A stretch of 64,000 nucleotides of DNA from Escherichia phage PNJ-6, in sequence record OQ076693. One strand, 5' to 3'. The position numbers and the translations under genes are program-made. Positions 22,794 through 32,219 of this stretch are shown here, in pieces. How positions within the stretch are numbered: position 1 is the stretch's first letter; each line of letters begins with the position of its first letter. A model generated the notes under the pieces. The model worked only from the letters and a program-made list of their open reading frames with translations. It was not told the origin of the DNA and searched no databases.

Positions 22794-23061
22794 CGTCTAA
22801 TTTCCTTAATTTATATTGCAACGAGCTAATAATTTCTTCGTTCATTTTAATATACATGTCACGCAAGAAAGATTTTAACCCGTCACGAATAATTGCTAAC
22901 GTATCACCTTTACATAAATTGACCAAATAAGGGTGGTCTAAAGCATCCCAACCTGGCTGATTAGCATACATACCATAGTTTTCTTCCATCATATGATTAA
23001 GACGTTTGATATCTTGGATACGTGATTCAATAGCATCTTTCTGGAGTTGTTTAATATTCAT
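22780..23061 (-). CDS. hypothetical protein
   Basis: 93-aa ORF in the asiA-motA interval. Confidence 0.45.
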   Translation of the reverse strand: MNIKQLQKDAIESRIQDIKRLNHMMEENYGMYANQPGWDALDHPYLVNLCKGDTLAIIRDGLKSFLRDMYIKMNEEIISSLQYKLRKLDDENN

Positions 23062-23522
23062 TAATAAAGGTCCTCTGAATAAAGTTCTTTCTCACTTCCG
23101 CCACGTTCAATACGTACCTGTCCAGCATACGTTGCAATAATCATTGCTTCTTCACGAGTCCAGTAATTAGAGTATTGGTCGATAAAGCCTTGGTCGTCAC
23201 CACAAACTTGTTGCGAGACTAATTGAGGACCAACTATATCAAGTACTTCAGCCATATCTTTAGAGTAATGACGAACTCCAGGAATAACCAGAGTTCCACC
23301 ACTCTTCAATTTAAACCTATTAGCTGCACATACTATAACACGTTGAACTTTTTGGTCATTATTCCAATAGCACGTTTGCCAACAGATTTCAGGAACTTCA
23401 TTCATTATATCATCAGCAGAATAATTATAACCGTAGGACTGGAATTTTTCTGCTAGACTTTCAGGAGTCTCACGAGACAAGGCCAAATCTAATAGCTCTA
23501 AACGTTCTTTAAATGATTTCAT
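23061..23522 (-). CDS. hypothetical protein
   Basis: 153-aa ORF (VIVCAANRF...[13 protein letters not shown]...[11 protein letters not shown]); fold not assignable by eye. Confidence 0.5.
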   Translation of the reverse strand: MKSFKERLELLDLALSRETPESLAEKFQSYGYNYSADDIMNEVPEICWQTCYWNNDQKVQRVIVCAANRFKLKSGGTLVIPGVRHYSKDMAEVLDIVGPQLVSQQVCGDDQGFIDQYSNYWTREEAMIIATYAGQVRIERGGSEKELYSEDLY

Positions 23523-23863
23523 TTAAACCATTCCTTAATACGTTGCCAAATAGATTTTTGTGCTTGTTTATTTACACCAATCGAACGAATAACCGGTTGT
23601 GACTGCTGATATTCTTTATAATCTTCTTTATAGATTTCGTAAGCTGCATCAACAAATGAACTGATCGCTGCCATAAAGTTTTTACGTATACCGCCAGGAG
23701 CTACTCCATTAGGGAATTCAGAATTTTCGCGAATAATTAAATATAACCCAGCTTTAACTTTAACTATAGTTCCAAGATAAGCCCCATGGTACCAAATATC
23801 CCATCCTTCCTGAGTAGGTTCTGCACATTTACGAAGTTCGTTAATAATATTCAGCTTATTCAT
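23519..23863 (-). CDS. hypothetical protein
   Basis: 114-aa ORF, ATGA-coupled to the downstream gene. Confidence 0.5.
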   Translation of the reverse strand: MNKLNIINELRKCAEPTQEGWDIWYHGAYLGTIVKVKAGLYLIIRENSEFPNGVAPGGIRKNFMAAISSFVDAAYEIYKEDYKEYQQSQPVIRSIGVNKQAQKSIWQRIKEWFK

Positions 23864-23873
23864 TATGTATTCC

Positions 23874-24506
23874 TCACAGTACGTTAGTTACAAGGGTAAT
23901 GATTTCTTTGGACACATTAGGGAAGTCGATGTAAGTATATTTACCACCGATCTTAATCTTAACATCATTTTCAAGAGAAGTAAACAGCTTTGATTCAGTT
24001 TCTGACATGTTGTATGCAAAGATTCTAAGAGAACCATTTCGACGAATTTCGATCTGACGAATACCTAGAACTCGTTTTGCAAATCGAACTTCCAAGTTAC
24101 TACGGTTTTCACCAATTTCTTTAACTTCAACTTTATCTTTAATATTTTCAAAAACAAAGTTTGCTAATTCATGCATTTCAGGAGTAACTCCACGTGCTTT
24201 TCTAGTGTTACGTTTCTGAAGAAGTTCTGGAGCATTTTCTTGGGCAAAGAGGTCTGCAGCTTTTTGGATAATATCCATTGCTTCGCCTGTTGCTATAAGT
24301 CCATCACCAGATTTTTCGACTAAACCTTTCTTAATCAATACACCAATGTTAGAGTTAACAACCGATGCATTGTATTCCGCTTCCAGAGCTTCACGGACGT
24401 TGGCAGCAGTGGTGAAGTTGTTCTTAATGATATAAACCATTATTGCAGCAGTTTTTTCATTCAGAGCGTTTTCAGAAGCTTTGATGATGTAAGTAACTTT
24501 AGACAT
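23874..24506 (-). CDS. motA: middle-transcription activator MotA
   Basis: 210-aa ORF; T4 MotA-like N-terminus (MSKVTYIIKAS...) and conserved region NSNIGVLIKKGLVEKSGDGLI; early promoter upstream. Confidence 0.88.
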   Translation of the reverse strand: MSKVTYIIKASENALNEKTAAIMVYIIKNNFTTAANVREALEAEYNASVVNSNIGVLIKKGLVEKSGDGLIATGEAMDIIQKAADLFAQENAPELLQKRNTRKARGVTPEMHELANFVFENIKDKVEVKEIGENRSNLEVRFAKRVLGIRQIEIRRNGSLRIFAYNMSETESKLFTSLENDVKIKIGGKYTYIDFPNVSKEIITLVTNVL

Positions 24507-24580
24507 TTTATTTCTCCAAATTAGTATTTGTTTTGATAGGTCTATAATATCATGTTTGAAGCAAAAGTAAACTTTATTTT
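24498..24580. repeat. duplicated promoter-leader-start module, copy 1 (motA)
   Basis: About 83 bp nearly identical to 24818-24900, spanning the first three codons (MSK), leader and early promoter. Confidence 0.75.
24544..24572 (-). promoter_or_regulatory. T4-type early promoter for motA (-35 GTTTAC, 17 bp, -10 TATTAT)
   Basis: rc of 24567-24572 is GTTTAC; 17-bp spacer containing TTGCTTC; rc of 24544-24549 is TATTAT; 38 nt upstream of the motA ATG. Confidence 0.6.
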
Positions 24581-24610
24581 GGGCTCTTTTTCCAAAAGCC
24601 CTGGTAAAAT

Positions 24611-24826
24611 TTACAAACTCATTTCTTTAATAAGGCCAATAAGTTTTGCCTTTTTAGAACGAAGCTTTTCTAAATGATGTCCATTTGAACCGCGAACCAC
24701 TAAAGAATTGATTTCAACTTCTAAGAAATTTAATTCTTCAAAAAGTGCTTTACGGGGAGCATTCATACCAGGTTTAACTTTACCAAAACGAGTAGTTGTG
24801 TTTTGGGTTAATTTCATTTTAGACAT
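24611..24826 (-). CDS. hypothetical basic protein
   Basis: 71-aa ORF whose promoter, leader and first codons duplicate those of motA. Confidence 0.5.
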   Translation of the reverse strand: MSKMKLTQNTTTRFGKVKPGMNAPRKALFEELNFLEVEINSLVVRGSNGHHLEKLRSKKAKLIGLIKEMSL

Positions 24827-24900
24827 TTTATTTCTCCAATTTGGTTGTTTTGTTTTGATAGGTCTATAATATCATGTTTGAAGCACATGTAAACTGTTTT
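24818..24900. repeat. duplicated promoter-leader-start module, copy 2 (ORF 24611..24826)
   Basis: Near-identical to 24498-24580 with small indels. Confidence 0.75.
24866..24894 (-). promoter_or_regulatory. T4-type early promoter, duplicate of the motA promoter
   Basis: Near-identical copy of 24544-24572 (GTTTAC, 17 bp, TATTAT) upstream of ORF 24611..24826. Confidence 0.6.
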
Positions 24901-24919
24901 GTGAGAAAAATGCACAAAA

Positions 24920-24935
24920 GGGAGCCGAAGCTCCC
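24920..24935 (-). terminator. hairpin terminator downstream of gene 52
   Basis: GGGAGC-CGAA-GCTCCC; minus strand continues CUUUUGUGCAUUUUU. Confidence 0.55.
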
Positions 24936-25011
24936 TAATCATGTTTGTCCAACCAATACAGCCAAATCACTAGTGCAGCTATTGCACCGAGAAATCCTAA
25001 GGCTAGGGCAC

Positions 25012-26337
25012 TCAAAGTGCCTCCAAGTCTTTAGTGTACTCTGTCACAACATCAGTGGACTTCCAATACTCATTTTCTTCTTTCTTAGCTTTAGCTTCTT
25101 CTGCTAGTTTACGTGCTTCGTCGGAAGTGATATGGAAGATGTTAAGACCTACCAGTTTATCGACATGTTCTTTATACATTTCGATTTGTGCTAGCTCTTC
25201 AGTCAAAGCTTTACGAGTCTTGCCCTGAATCACAATTTCACCTGTAATAACTTTTTTGATGAAGTGTGCCTTAGCAAAAGCAAGTTTAAATGCTTTTTCA
25301 GATTCAAGGATTTTGTTGTCAATACGTTTCTGAACGTAAGTCTTACGGACTTCAACAAAATCTTTGATTAAGTCCACTACGTTATCATAGACCGCTAATT
25401 TACCCTTTTCATTAATCACCGTGATGTTTTGTGAACGACGTTCGATGAGACTAAAATCTTTCATGATTTTTTCATGACGTAGCTCTTCATCATCAGGAAG
25501 CGAGTACTCTTTACGGAACTTCACCTTAAACCCAAAGCCGTGTTCACCACAATCATCTTCCCATGAGATTAGACCTTTGTCTTCCAACGGGTCAAGAACC
25601 TTACTCACATACGTTTCACGGTCGAATTTATATGGGATTTCAGTTATCTGCATTTGAGTGCGAGATGTGAACTTATATGTTCCGTGAATCTCATAACGCC
25701 CATCAACTTCATGTACTTCACCACGGAATTCCGGAAATTCAACTTTTGGCTTAGTGACATTTTTACCTTGAAGAGCTTGTAATACAGCCTTTTTGACTGA
25801 TTTAAAACTATGAGGCAGAATATTTGTTGCGTAACCGGTTGCAATACCAGAGACGCCATTCAAAAGAACTGTCGGAATAATAGGAAGATAGAATTTTGGC
25901 GGAATGTGTTCTTTATCTTCATGAGCTGGAGCATATTCAGTATCTTTATATACGTTATAGAAATTTTTACTTACACGAGCAAAAATATAACGAGATGCCG
26001 CAGCTTTTTGGACTGTTCTAGAACCAAAGTTGCCTTGGCCATCTAACAACGGATAGTTGTTGTTCCATGTGTTAGCCATCAATGCACCTGCATCTTGTGC
26101 AGAAGATTCACCATGGTGATAACCTAAATCTGCAACACCGCCTGCAATTGACGCAAGTTTATGAAATTTTTCTTTATTACCACGAGCCAAATCTAACGCA
26201 CGATGAACCACAAAACGTTGAACCGGCTTAAATCCATCAATCATGTTTGGGATTGCACGGTTTTCAACGGTGTACATCGCATATGCTAAGGCTTCGTTAT
26301 CAATAATACTTTTTAGATTACGAGAATTCAATTGCAT
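25012..26337 (-). CDS. 52: DNA topoisomerase II medium subunit (GyrA-like) gp52
   Basis: 441-aa ORF with GyrA-type N-terminal breakage-reunion region (AYAMYTVENRAIPNMIDGFKPVQRFVVH); T4 gene 52 position. Confidence 0.88.
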   Translation of the reverse strand: MQLNSRNLKSIIDNEALAYAMYTVENRAIPNMIDGFKPVQRFVVHRALDLARGNKEKFHKLASIAGGVADLGYHHGESSAQDAGALMANTWNNNYPLLDGQGNFGSRTVQKAAASRYIFARVSKNFYNVYKDTEYAPAHEDKEHIPPKFYLPIIPTVLLNGVSGIATGYATNILPHSFKSVKKAVLQALQGKNVTKPKVEFPEFRGEVHEVDGRYEIHGTYKFTSRTQMQITEIPYKFDRETYVSKVLDPLEDKGLISWEDDCGEHGFGFKVKFRKEYSLPDDEELRHEKIMKDFSLIERRSQNITVINEKGKLAVYDNVVDLIKDFVEVRKTYVQKRIDNKILESEKAFKLAFAKAHFIKKVITGEIVIQGKTRKALTEELAQIEMYKEHVDKLVGLNIFHITSDEARKLAEEAKAKKEENEYWKSTDVVTEYTKDLEAL

Positions 26338-26341
26338 ATTT

Positions 26342-26482
26342 TCACCATATTAATGAACGAATAACCATTATAACATCTGAAATGAAAAGCACTACTTGGA
26401 TTAGCCCAAACATCACACCGTAGTACAGGACCGTAAGCAACAACAAGAGCCCGAAGGCTCCTGCTAAGATTTTCTTAATCAT
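26342..26482 (-). CDS. small hydrophobic protein (46 aa)
   Basis: Below the ORF-track size cutoff; MIKKILAGAFGLLLLLTVLYYGVMFGLIQ...; start overlaps the upstream stop (TAATG); T4 ac/stp interval. Confidence 0.3.
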   Translation of the reverse strand: MIKKILAGAFGLLLLLTVLYYGVMFGLIQVVLFISDVIMVIRSLIW

Positions 26483-26628
26483 TACTCGCCTTTTAATACG
26501 TTAAAAAGAGCTAAGACCGCTAAGGTACCTTGTGACACAGCCTGTTGAAATACTGTTGTTTCGCCTGTAACTAAAGTGTTAACGAATAAAAACGACCAAC
26601 ACAACAATGCAATAATCCATGTTACCAT
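26482..26628 (-). CDS. small hydrophobic protein (48 aa)
   Basis: Below the ORF-track cutoff; MVTWIIALLCWSFLFVNTLV...; SD GAGG upstream. Confidence 0.3.
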   Translation of the reverse strand: MVTWIIALLCWSFLFVNTLVTGETTVFQQAVSQGTLAVLALFNVLKGE

Positions 26629-26680
26629 TTTAATTACCTCAAAAATAAATTAAAGGCCCAACTTAATAGGCCTGTATAAA

Positions 26681-27127
26681 TTAGTAACTCTGCAGAATGA
26701 ATTTGAAATTATCGGCCAGAAGACGGTTCATTTCAGTGAGTGTTTGATATTCTGATGTATGATTGCGAGTGAATGCCAGAGCCAATTGTCCTTTACCATA
26801 ACCAGTAGTCAGTGGTTTCATGTTCTTAGCTGCAACAAAGATTACATCATATTCAATATTGTTAGTGCCCATAGTACGGGCTAGTTGCGAACGGCCTTGA
26901 CGAATGTGAGAAAGAATTGCATCCAACCCTTGTTTAGAACGTTGACGTCCTACAAAGAATCGTGCTGCTACTTGACGCCAGTCAGATGAACCTTTAACAA
27001 AGAAGTAAAAACCTTCACGAGAACGAAACTCTTTAGAAACTTCAGAACCGTATTCACCATTACGAACTACTGCAACAACTTCACCGCCAACTGCCAGAAG
27101 GTCTTTACGAGTTAAATATTTGGACAT
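26681..27127 (-). CDS. ndd: nucleoid disruption protein Ndd
   Basis: 148-aa ORF with T4 Ndd-like conserved core ([29 protein letters not shown]; [15 protein letters not shown]). Confidence 0.82.
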   Translation of the reverse strand: MSKYLTRKDLLAVGGEVVAVVRNGEYGSEVSKEFRSREGFYFFVKGSSDWRQVAARFFVGRQRSKQGLDAILSHIRQGRSQLARTMGTNNIEYDVIFVAAKNMKPLTTGYGKGQLALAFTRNHTSEYQTLTEMNRLLADNFKFILQSY

Positions 27128-27171
27128 GCTAATTTCCTCAATTGATTAATGTTTTTGTAATCCATGAGAGC

Positions 27172-27201
27172 ATTATACTCTGCTCTCAAGAGTTTGTACA
27201 A
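27172..27201 (-). promoter_or_regulatory. sigma70-like early promoter for ndd (-35 TTGTAC, -10 TATAAT) with -10 inside a hairpin
   Basis: rc of 27196-27201 is TTGTAC; 18-bp spacer; rc of 27172-27177 is TATAAT; 8-bp inverted repeat TGAGAGCA/TGCTCTCA (27165-27188) brackets the -10. Confidence 0.5.
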
Positions 27202-27203
27202 TT

Positions 27204-27404
27204 TTATTCGGCCATATCAGAACGTTCAAAAAGCTCTTCAACAGTTAAACATTCAGTGTCATCTTCAATAAAGAATCGAGTCCAACACGTTGGGGCGATA
27301 CAGTTATGAGTTTGTCCGGCGATAGAAGCTACACGAATAAGCTGCTGACCATTATTCAGAACAAATTTTTCACCAATTTCAACATCTTTAAAAAGCTTAG
27401 CCAT
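27204..27404 (-). CDS. hypothetical protein
   Basis: 66-aa ORF with early promoter at 27433-27462. Confidence 0.5.
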   Translation of the reverse strand: MAKLFKDVEIGEKFVLNNGQQLIRVASIAGQTHNCIAPTCWTRFFIEDDTECLTVEELFERSDMAE

Positions 27405-27432
27405 TTTGTATTCCTCATGTTTTGATAGGACT

Positions 27433-27462
27433 ACTATACCATAATCCTACCTTGATGTAAAC
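27433..27462 (-). promoter_or_regulatory. T4-type early promoter (-35 GTTTAC, 18 bp, -10 TATAGT)
   Basis: rc of 27457-27462 is GTTTAC; rc of 27433-27438 is TATAGT; upstream of ORF 27204..27404. Confidence 0.5.
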
Positions 27463-27654
27463 AATTAAATTACATTAAAATATGTTAAAGCCAACCATGT
27501 TCCGGTGAACGAACATGCGATGTAAAAACCTGTATCGCAAATTGTTCTTAGTACAATAATAAGTGCATTTTTCATAAGTACCTCAATGCAATTGAAAATA
27601 TTATACAAATCATAGGGATACTAAGCAACCATATTCCGATCCACGTTTTAGAGC

Positions 27655-27918
27655 TCATATCTCAACTTCCGCGAGTTCCATATATCCTTTGTTGATAACC
27701 TCTTTAAGGTCTTTAGAAAGAATAACACTAAAATGGTCGTTCATATGTCCATTAACCAGACGAGTTATTTCGGCTTCAGATGACATATAAGGCACGTCTG
27801 AGTCCCAATGAGATAGTCCCAAATGGGTATAAATCATCCCTTCGTCATCTGCAGTGTTGTACATTGAAACAAATTCGCCTGTTACTTTATGTTTTGCGTA
27901 GAAAAATTTAAATTTCAT
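27655..27918 (-). CDS. hypothetical protein
   Basis: 87-aa ORF with early promoter at 27945-27974. Confidence 0.5.
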   Translation of the reverse strand: MKFKFFYAKHKVTGEFVSMYNTADDEGMIYTHLGLSHWDSDVPYMSSEAEITRLVNGHMNDHFSVILSKDLKEVINKGYMELAEVEI

Positions 27919-27944
27919 GATGTTATCCTCTTTTAGATAGGACT

Positions 27945-27974
27945 ACTATATCATAGTCCTACTTAGTTGTAAAC
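27945..27974 (-). promoter_or_regulatory. T4-type early promoter (-35 GTTTAC, 18 bp, -10 TATAGT)
   Basis: rc of 27969-27974 is GTTTAC; rc of 27945-27950 is TATAGT; -10 sits in the loop of inverted repeat TAGGACTA/TAGTCCTA (27938-27961). Confidence 0.5.
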
Positions 27975-27986
27975 ACTTTTATGAAA

Positions 27987-28544
27987 TTAAAGTTGAAGAT
28001 ACCACCCGTTGTAGTTGCTCTTGCGGACGATTTTCTTTAGGTCTTCATGGTCTCCCACGAACTTTATAGAATAAGAGAAGACGTCAGGTGAGGTTTCTTT
28101 GACATCTAATATAATAATGCAATCTGCGACTCGATGGTTCAAGAAGGGCCCTATGTTGATTCCATTACCACCCGGATAATCACCACTGTATCCTGTGGTA
28201 ACAGAAATCCATTTAGAATCTATCTGGTGTGTCTTGACTTCTACACGAATTCCACAATACTTGGGATGGGCTAACACGTCCCATGCATACGTGTACGGGT
28301 CTTCTACGTCTTCAATACCTTTATTAACATACCCGTCTAGCCAATTTGCTACTACATACTCTGCAAAGACCGCAACCTTACAACGTCGAACTACATCTTC
28401 TTTGTTTTGGCCAGGATTTTGGCTCAGGGAATACCGGGCAGTGTCAGCAATCTTCACCTTCATTTCACTAGTCAAAAACTCATTCGACAGGATAAATGTC
28501 GGAAGATTCTTCAGTCTCAACAGTCCCAAGTTCGTCTTTACCAT
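27987..28544 (-). CDS. putative nuclease at the denB position
   Basis: ORF 27987..28607 trimmed to the internal ATG with SD GAGG, giving 185 aa; PD-(D/E)xK-like D...EVK arrangement (WDVLAHPKYCGIRVEVK); T4 denB interval; family not verified. Confidence 0.4.
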   Translation of the reverse strand: MVKTNLGLLRLKNLPTFILSNEFLTSEMKVKIADTARYSLSQNPGQNKEDVVRRCKVAVFAEYVVANWLDGYVNKGIEDVEDPYTYAWDVLAHPKYCGIRVEVKTHQIDSKWISVTTGYSGDYPGGNGINIGPFLNHRVADCIIILDVKETSPDVFSYSIKFVGDHEDLKKIVRKSNYNGWYLQL

Positions 28545-28767
28545 AGATACCTCTGATGTGTAGTTCGCCAAAATAAATGCGGTCACCTTCTTCAAGATAT
28601 TCTGCATCTACAGGCGGAATCTCAATAACAACTTCGTCGCATTCTAACCAGCCGTAGTGTGCATCGCCAGGATGTTTTACCAATTTAGCACAATAAACTG
28701 ATTTACACTTATGATGACCACGAAGATTAGCAATTTTGGATTCTGATACGTCAAATGGATGAATCAT
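28480..28767 (-). CDS. hypothetical protein
   Basis: ORF 28480..28821 trimmed to internal ATG (MIHPFDV...); still overlaps the downstream gene by about 65 nt, so one of the two starts is uncertain. Confidence 0.35.
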   Translation of the reverse strand: MIHPFDVSESKIANLRGHHKCKSVYCAKLVKHPGDAHYGWLECDEVVIEIPPVDAEYLEEGDRIYFGELHIRGIYGKDELGTVETEESSDIYPVE

Positions 28768-28789
28768 AATTACCCCTAAAGAAAAAAAA

Positions 28790-28805
28790 GGGGACCGAAG
28801 TCCCC
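28790..28805 (-). terminator. intrinsic terminator downstream of rIIB
   Basis: GGGGAC-CGAA-GTCCCC; minus strand has a run of 8 U immediately after. Confidence 0.7.
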
Positions 28806-28810
28806 AATTA

Positions 28811-29758
28811 TTATTCTGCAAATAATTCAGTAACGTCTGAAATTACTTCATAACGACAAGTACGCATCTTAGCATCACCATAGTCAACTGGGATAGATAC
28901 AACATCACGTGGATGAACTTTAACCTTAACAACTTTATCTGAGCTAGAACCAAAGTAACGAATATACGATTTAGCGCAAACATGTAGACCACGGGAGCAG
29001 GTTTGTGTATCATCATCGTTAACACGAGTACGAGGCATTGAAACAACTTTACCTGGTGAGTTATCAAATGTACCGCTATAGCAATCTAAATAATCTTTAC
29101 GAACTACTTTCCACGCGTAGAAATGCCCATCTTCAGTGATTTCAATATCATTTGCAACCAAGAAGTCGAATAAACGTTGTACAGCTTTTTCGCTTGGGTT
29201 TTCTAACAGGTTTTCAAGGAACGGTAGATAGAATTTAAAGTCTTCGCCTTTTTCCATGGAATCAATAATACGATTAACCAGTCCTGAACGAATCTCTATA
29301 CCTTGATAAAATAAACTACCACCTTCAATAACAACATTACCGTCAACAAACTTACTAATAGCTTTCTTGATGTTAATAAGTTCGACAGCTTTACTAAGGT
29401 TTCCTGCGACCAGATTAGCTTTAATTTCTTCAAAATTTGCATGACTTGATGGAGTCGCATTGTATGCTACGCGTCCTTCAATAATTGAAATAAATTTAGA
29501 TGACGCGTTCCATACGATTTCAGGACGATGTCCGCCGATAATAGGTTCATCATTTTCTGGAACTTCTTCGATTACATAAGAGGCATCGTTTGCTTCAGGG
29601 ACAACGCCTTCTGCTTTAAAATTCTTAACAATCTTACGAAGAGTATCTGTTGAAATGTCGAAGTAATCGGCAATTTCTTTACGAGTCCATTTGCCTGATT
29701 CAACCAGGCCGTAAGCTTCTAACTGTTCTTCTTGGGACAAGCATTTAATATTGTACAT
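28811..29758 (-). CDS. rIIB: rIIB protein
   Basis: 315-aa ORF with T4 rIIB-like conserved C-terminal half (MPRTRVNDDDTQTCSRGLHVC; VKVHPRDVVSIP). Confidence 0.9.
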   Translation of the reverse strand: MYNIKCLSQEEQLEAYGLVESGKWTRKEIADYFDISTDTLRKIVKNFKAEGVVPEANDASYVIEEVPENDEPIIGGHRPEIVWNASSKFISIIEGRVAYNATPSSHANFEEIKANLVAGNLSKAVELINIKKAISKFVDGNVVIEGGSLFYQGIEIRSGLVNRIIDSMEKGEDFKFYLPFLENLLENPSEKAVQRLFDFLVANDIEITEDGHFYAWKVVRKDYLDCYSGTFDNSPGKVVSMPRTRVNDDDTQTCSRGLHVCAKSYIRYFGSSSDKVVKVKVHPRDVVSIPVDYGDAKMRTCRYEVISDVTELFAE

Positions 29759-29767
29759 AATGTTTCC

Positions 29768-31981
29768 TTATTTGGCCGCTTCCACGGCCTTCATGAATTT
29801 AACGATTTGAGCGACCTGTTCTTTGGAAAGAGTACCACGTCGTCCCATGTATTCTGACACAATATGATAATTGGTTTCGAATTCAATAACCATTTTATCA
29901 TCATTATCGTAAGCATTATCTTTAAGCTTATCGAAAATTTTAGCACACAATTCTAACTTCTTATTCAGGTCTGTATTAGTAGCACCTGCGAATCGATTCC
30001 ATCCCCAACGATTATTTACTGTTGAGAGTTTTGCAAAGTCTTTACTGATTTCTTTGTTCTTAGAGCTAAAATACTTACTAAGGAAGTTAAGCTCTTCGTT
30101 ACGAGTAATATGATTCAAATAAGGCTGTGCTCTACGACTTGGTGATACATACTCATCATAATCCACTTTATCAATTAGCGTAATATAGTCATTAATTGAT
30201 TTTTCGAACAAGCATTCTACTTCACCAAGTTTACGAACTTTCTTAGCAATCTGTGGACGAACTACAGTGAACTCTTTAATACCTGACAAATCGGCAATAC
30301 GGGTCAAGAAATTGGAGTCATAGTTCAACCAACCTTTATCTGCGTCAAGACATTCAGCATTAGAACGATTACGAACTATAGCATAACCTTGGATTTCATC
30401 TGCTTCACTTGCCGGAATAAAGAGGTCTTCTGATACCCAAACATCGTTTTCATTCTTAAAGAATCGATGAGCACTCGGGGATTTAGGACGAGGCTCATTA
30501 GTCCGTTTCCTGACTTCAATCCATGGCTTAACGATTTGTAAAAGCTCTGAAGTCTTGTACATGTTAATGTTGTCGCCATCAAAGATAACTTTAAGGCGTT
30601 CCAGAAGTTTCATTGCATCTTCGTCTGTAGGGTCAACGAATAGTACGCTTTTACCAAAACCGCGTGGAACTTTACCGGATAATTTAACCTCGTCTTTAGA
30701 CATTTCAATTGAATTAAGAGCTCGCATTAATGGAACACGTCCCTTAACGTCGTCAATAACAATTTCAACGTTTTTAATGTTAATGCCAATCAGACTGTTA
30801 ATTGAAATAGTTGCCGATGAGCTACCACTTTCACGAATACGACGAAGACGAGGGGATTCAACGATATCGTATACGACGCCGAGATTACACCATTCAGGTC
30901 CCATTTTAAAACGTTTGTACAACTCAGAATAAGTTAGTTGTTCTTTAGAATATTTCAGAGATTCAATATTAGACCCAGCCCTTTCCATGTATTTGCGAGC
31001 GGTATAGCCAAGAGAATCAATTTCACGGAACACATGACGCGGGTATTTACAATCAATCCATTTCTTAGAATCTTCAGCGAACAGTTTAGCATCGATTTCT
31101 GCAACGCGTTTATGGATATTTGCTACGGTACGTTTATCAAATGACAATGCTTCACGAGACGGGGCGACATCTAGTTCACCCATAGGGAATTTAATATAAG
31201 CTGTAGTGCATCGCGTCATCATCCATGTTTGTTCTTTAATAACACTTCCGATTGGATATACAATACCGCCATAAACAGCCATGATATTACCACGTTCACC
31301 CCATGGAGCTTCCTTGGCTAAATAAACATCATCGAATTCCGGGAAGTATTTGATATCTTTAACACCACGAACTTCTGCAATATCACCTAGAGGACGCATA
31401 ACATATGCAATTTCAGATGCGAACTTTTCAAAATCTTCTGGGTTAACAGGCACAACTACTTCTACACCCGTACGGTCATCAGGACCCATCTTATCTACGA
31501 AGGTCGGCTTAATCTGTGGGCCTGTGTCATCTTGATAAATTACATAACCACGAACTTCACCGTTGTGATAAGACGTAAGGTTAAACGTATCGGTATATGC
31601 TAGTGGAGCTTTAGAGCCGAGTCCGAATCCACCGATGAAATCGTTACTCGATGTTTTAGTTGAAGCAAAATATGAGTTATAGATTCCTGGCTCTTCGTCA
31701 TTACCTCGAATGGTGAAATCACTCATACCAGGACCAAAGTCTCGAACTACAAAACGTGGGTCTAGACGACCTGGAGCCTGAACAATAAACTTATCAGTGC
31801 AACCATTAAGAATTTGGCCATCGATACAGTTTGTGATTAATTCACGTACACAAGCCAATTCTTTGTTTGTATAAAGGTCATTAGACAAAATCTTATAAAC
31901 TTTGCTATTGCCTTGAATAGTAAATGCTGTGCTCTTACCGCCTGAACCAATAATCGTTTCTTTAGCCGTTTCAATAATCAT
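29768..31981 (-). CDS. rIIA: rIIA protein
   Basis: 737-aa ORF immediately upstream of rIIB; T4 rIIA-like N-terminal ATPase-like region. Confidence 0.9.
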   Translation of the reverse strand: MIIETAKETIIGSGGKSTAFTIQGNSKVYKILSNDLYTNKELACVRELITNCIDGQILNGCTDKFIVQAPGRLDPRFVVRDFGPGMSDFTIRGNDEEPGIYNSYFASTKTSSNDFIGGFGLGSKAPLAYTDTFNLTSYHNGEVRGYVIYQDDTGPQIKPTFVDKMGPDDRTGVEVVVPVNPEDFEKFASEIAYVMRPLGDIAEVRGVKDIKYFPEFDDVYLAKEAPWGERGNIMAVYGGIVYPIGSVIKEQTWMMTRCTTAYIKFPMGELDVAPSREALSFDKRTVANIHKRVAEIDAKLFAEDSKKWIDCKYPRHVFREIDSLGYTARKYMERAGSNIESLKYSKEQLTYSELYKRFKMGPEWCNLGVVYDIVESPRLRRIRESGSSSATISINSLIGINIKNVEIVIDDVKGRVPLMRALNSIEMSKDEVKLSGKVPRGFGKSVLFVDPTDEDAMKLLERLKVIFDGDNINMYKTSELLQIVKPWIEVRKRTNEPRPKSPSAHRFFKNENDVWVSEDLFIPASEADEIQGYAIVRNRSNAECLDADKGWLNYDSNFLTRIADLSGIKEFTVVRPQIAKKVRKLGEVECLFEKSINDYITLIDKVDYDEYVSPSRRAQPYLNHITRNEELNFLSKYFSSKNKEISKDFAKLSTVNNRWGWNRFAGATNTDLNKKLELCAKIFDKLKDNAYDNDDKMVIEFETNYHIVSEYMGRRGTLSKEQVAQIVKFMKAVEAAK

Positions 31982-31993
31982 ATTTTTCTCTCA

Positions 31994-32194
31994 TCACAAG
32001 TTACGTTTAAAAATTTCTGCTACTTCAAGAAGTTCTTCTTTAGTAGCTGTATCGGTTTGTATTTTATATCGAATTTCTTTAAAGCGTTCTTTAAAGGACT
32101 CTGCTGACTCGATATCAAAAAATCTTTGGATAAGCCGGAATTCCCGGAGCACAGCTTTATCAAAAAGTTCCAAGTCCACGTTATATGTTCTCAT
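31994..32194 (-). CDS. hypothetical protein
   Basis: 66-aa ORF just upstream of rIIA. Confidence 0.45.
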   Translation of the reverse strand: MRTYNVDLELFDKAVLREFRLIQRFFDIESAESFKERFKEIRYKIQTDTATKEELLEVAEIFKRNL

Positions 32195-32219
32195 AATATT
32201 CTCTTCAGTAGATTCCTAG

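Noticed and set aside
24541-24550. Apparent plus-strand TATAAT promoters (for example ggtcTATAATatcat)
   Set aside because: No -35 at the right spacing on the plus strand; the sequence is the reverse complement of the minus-strand -10 elements driving the minus-strand early genes.
24611-24826. 71-aa basic ORF as a ribosomal-protein mimic
   Set aside because: Basic composition only; no convincing match to L28/L35/S21 signatures; left as hypothetical.
26448-26461. GAGCC-CGAA-GGCTC hairpin resembling the intergenic terminator family
   Set aside because: Lies inside the coding sequence of the 46-codon ORF (encodes AGAFGL) with no downstream U-tract; probably coincidental or only a weak structure.
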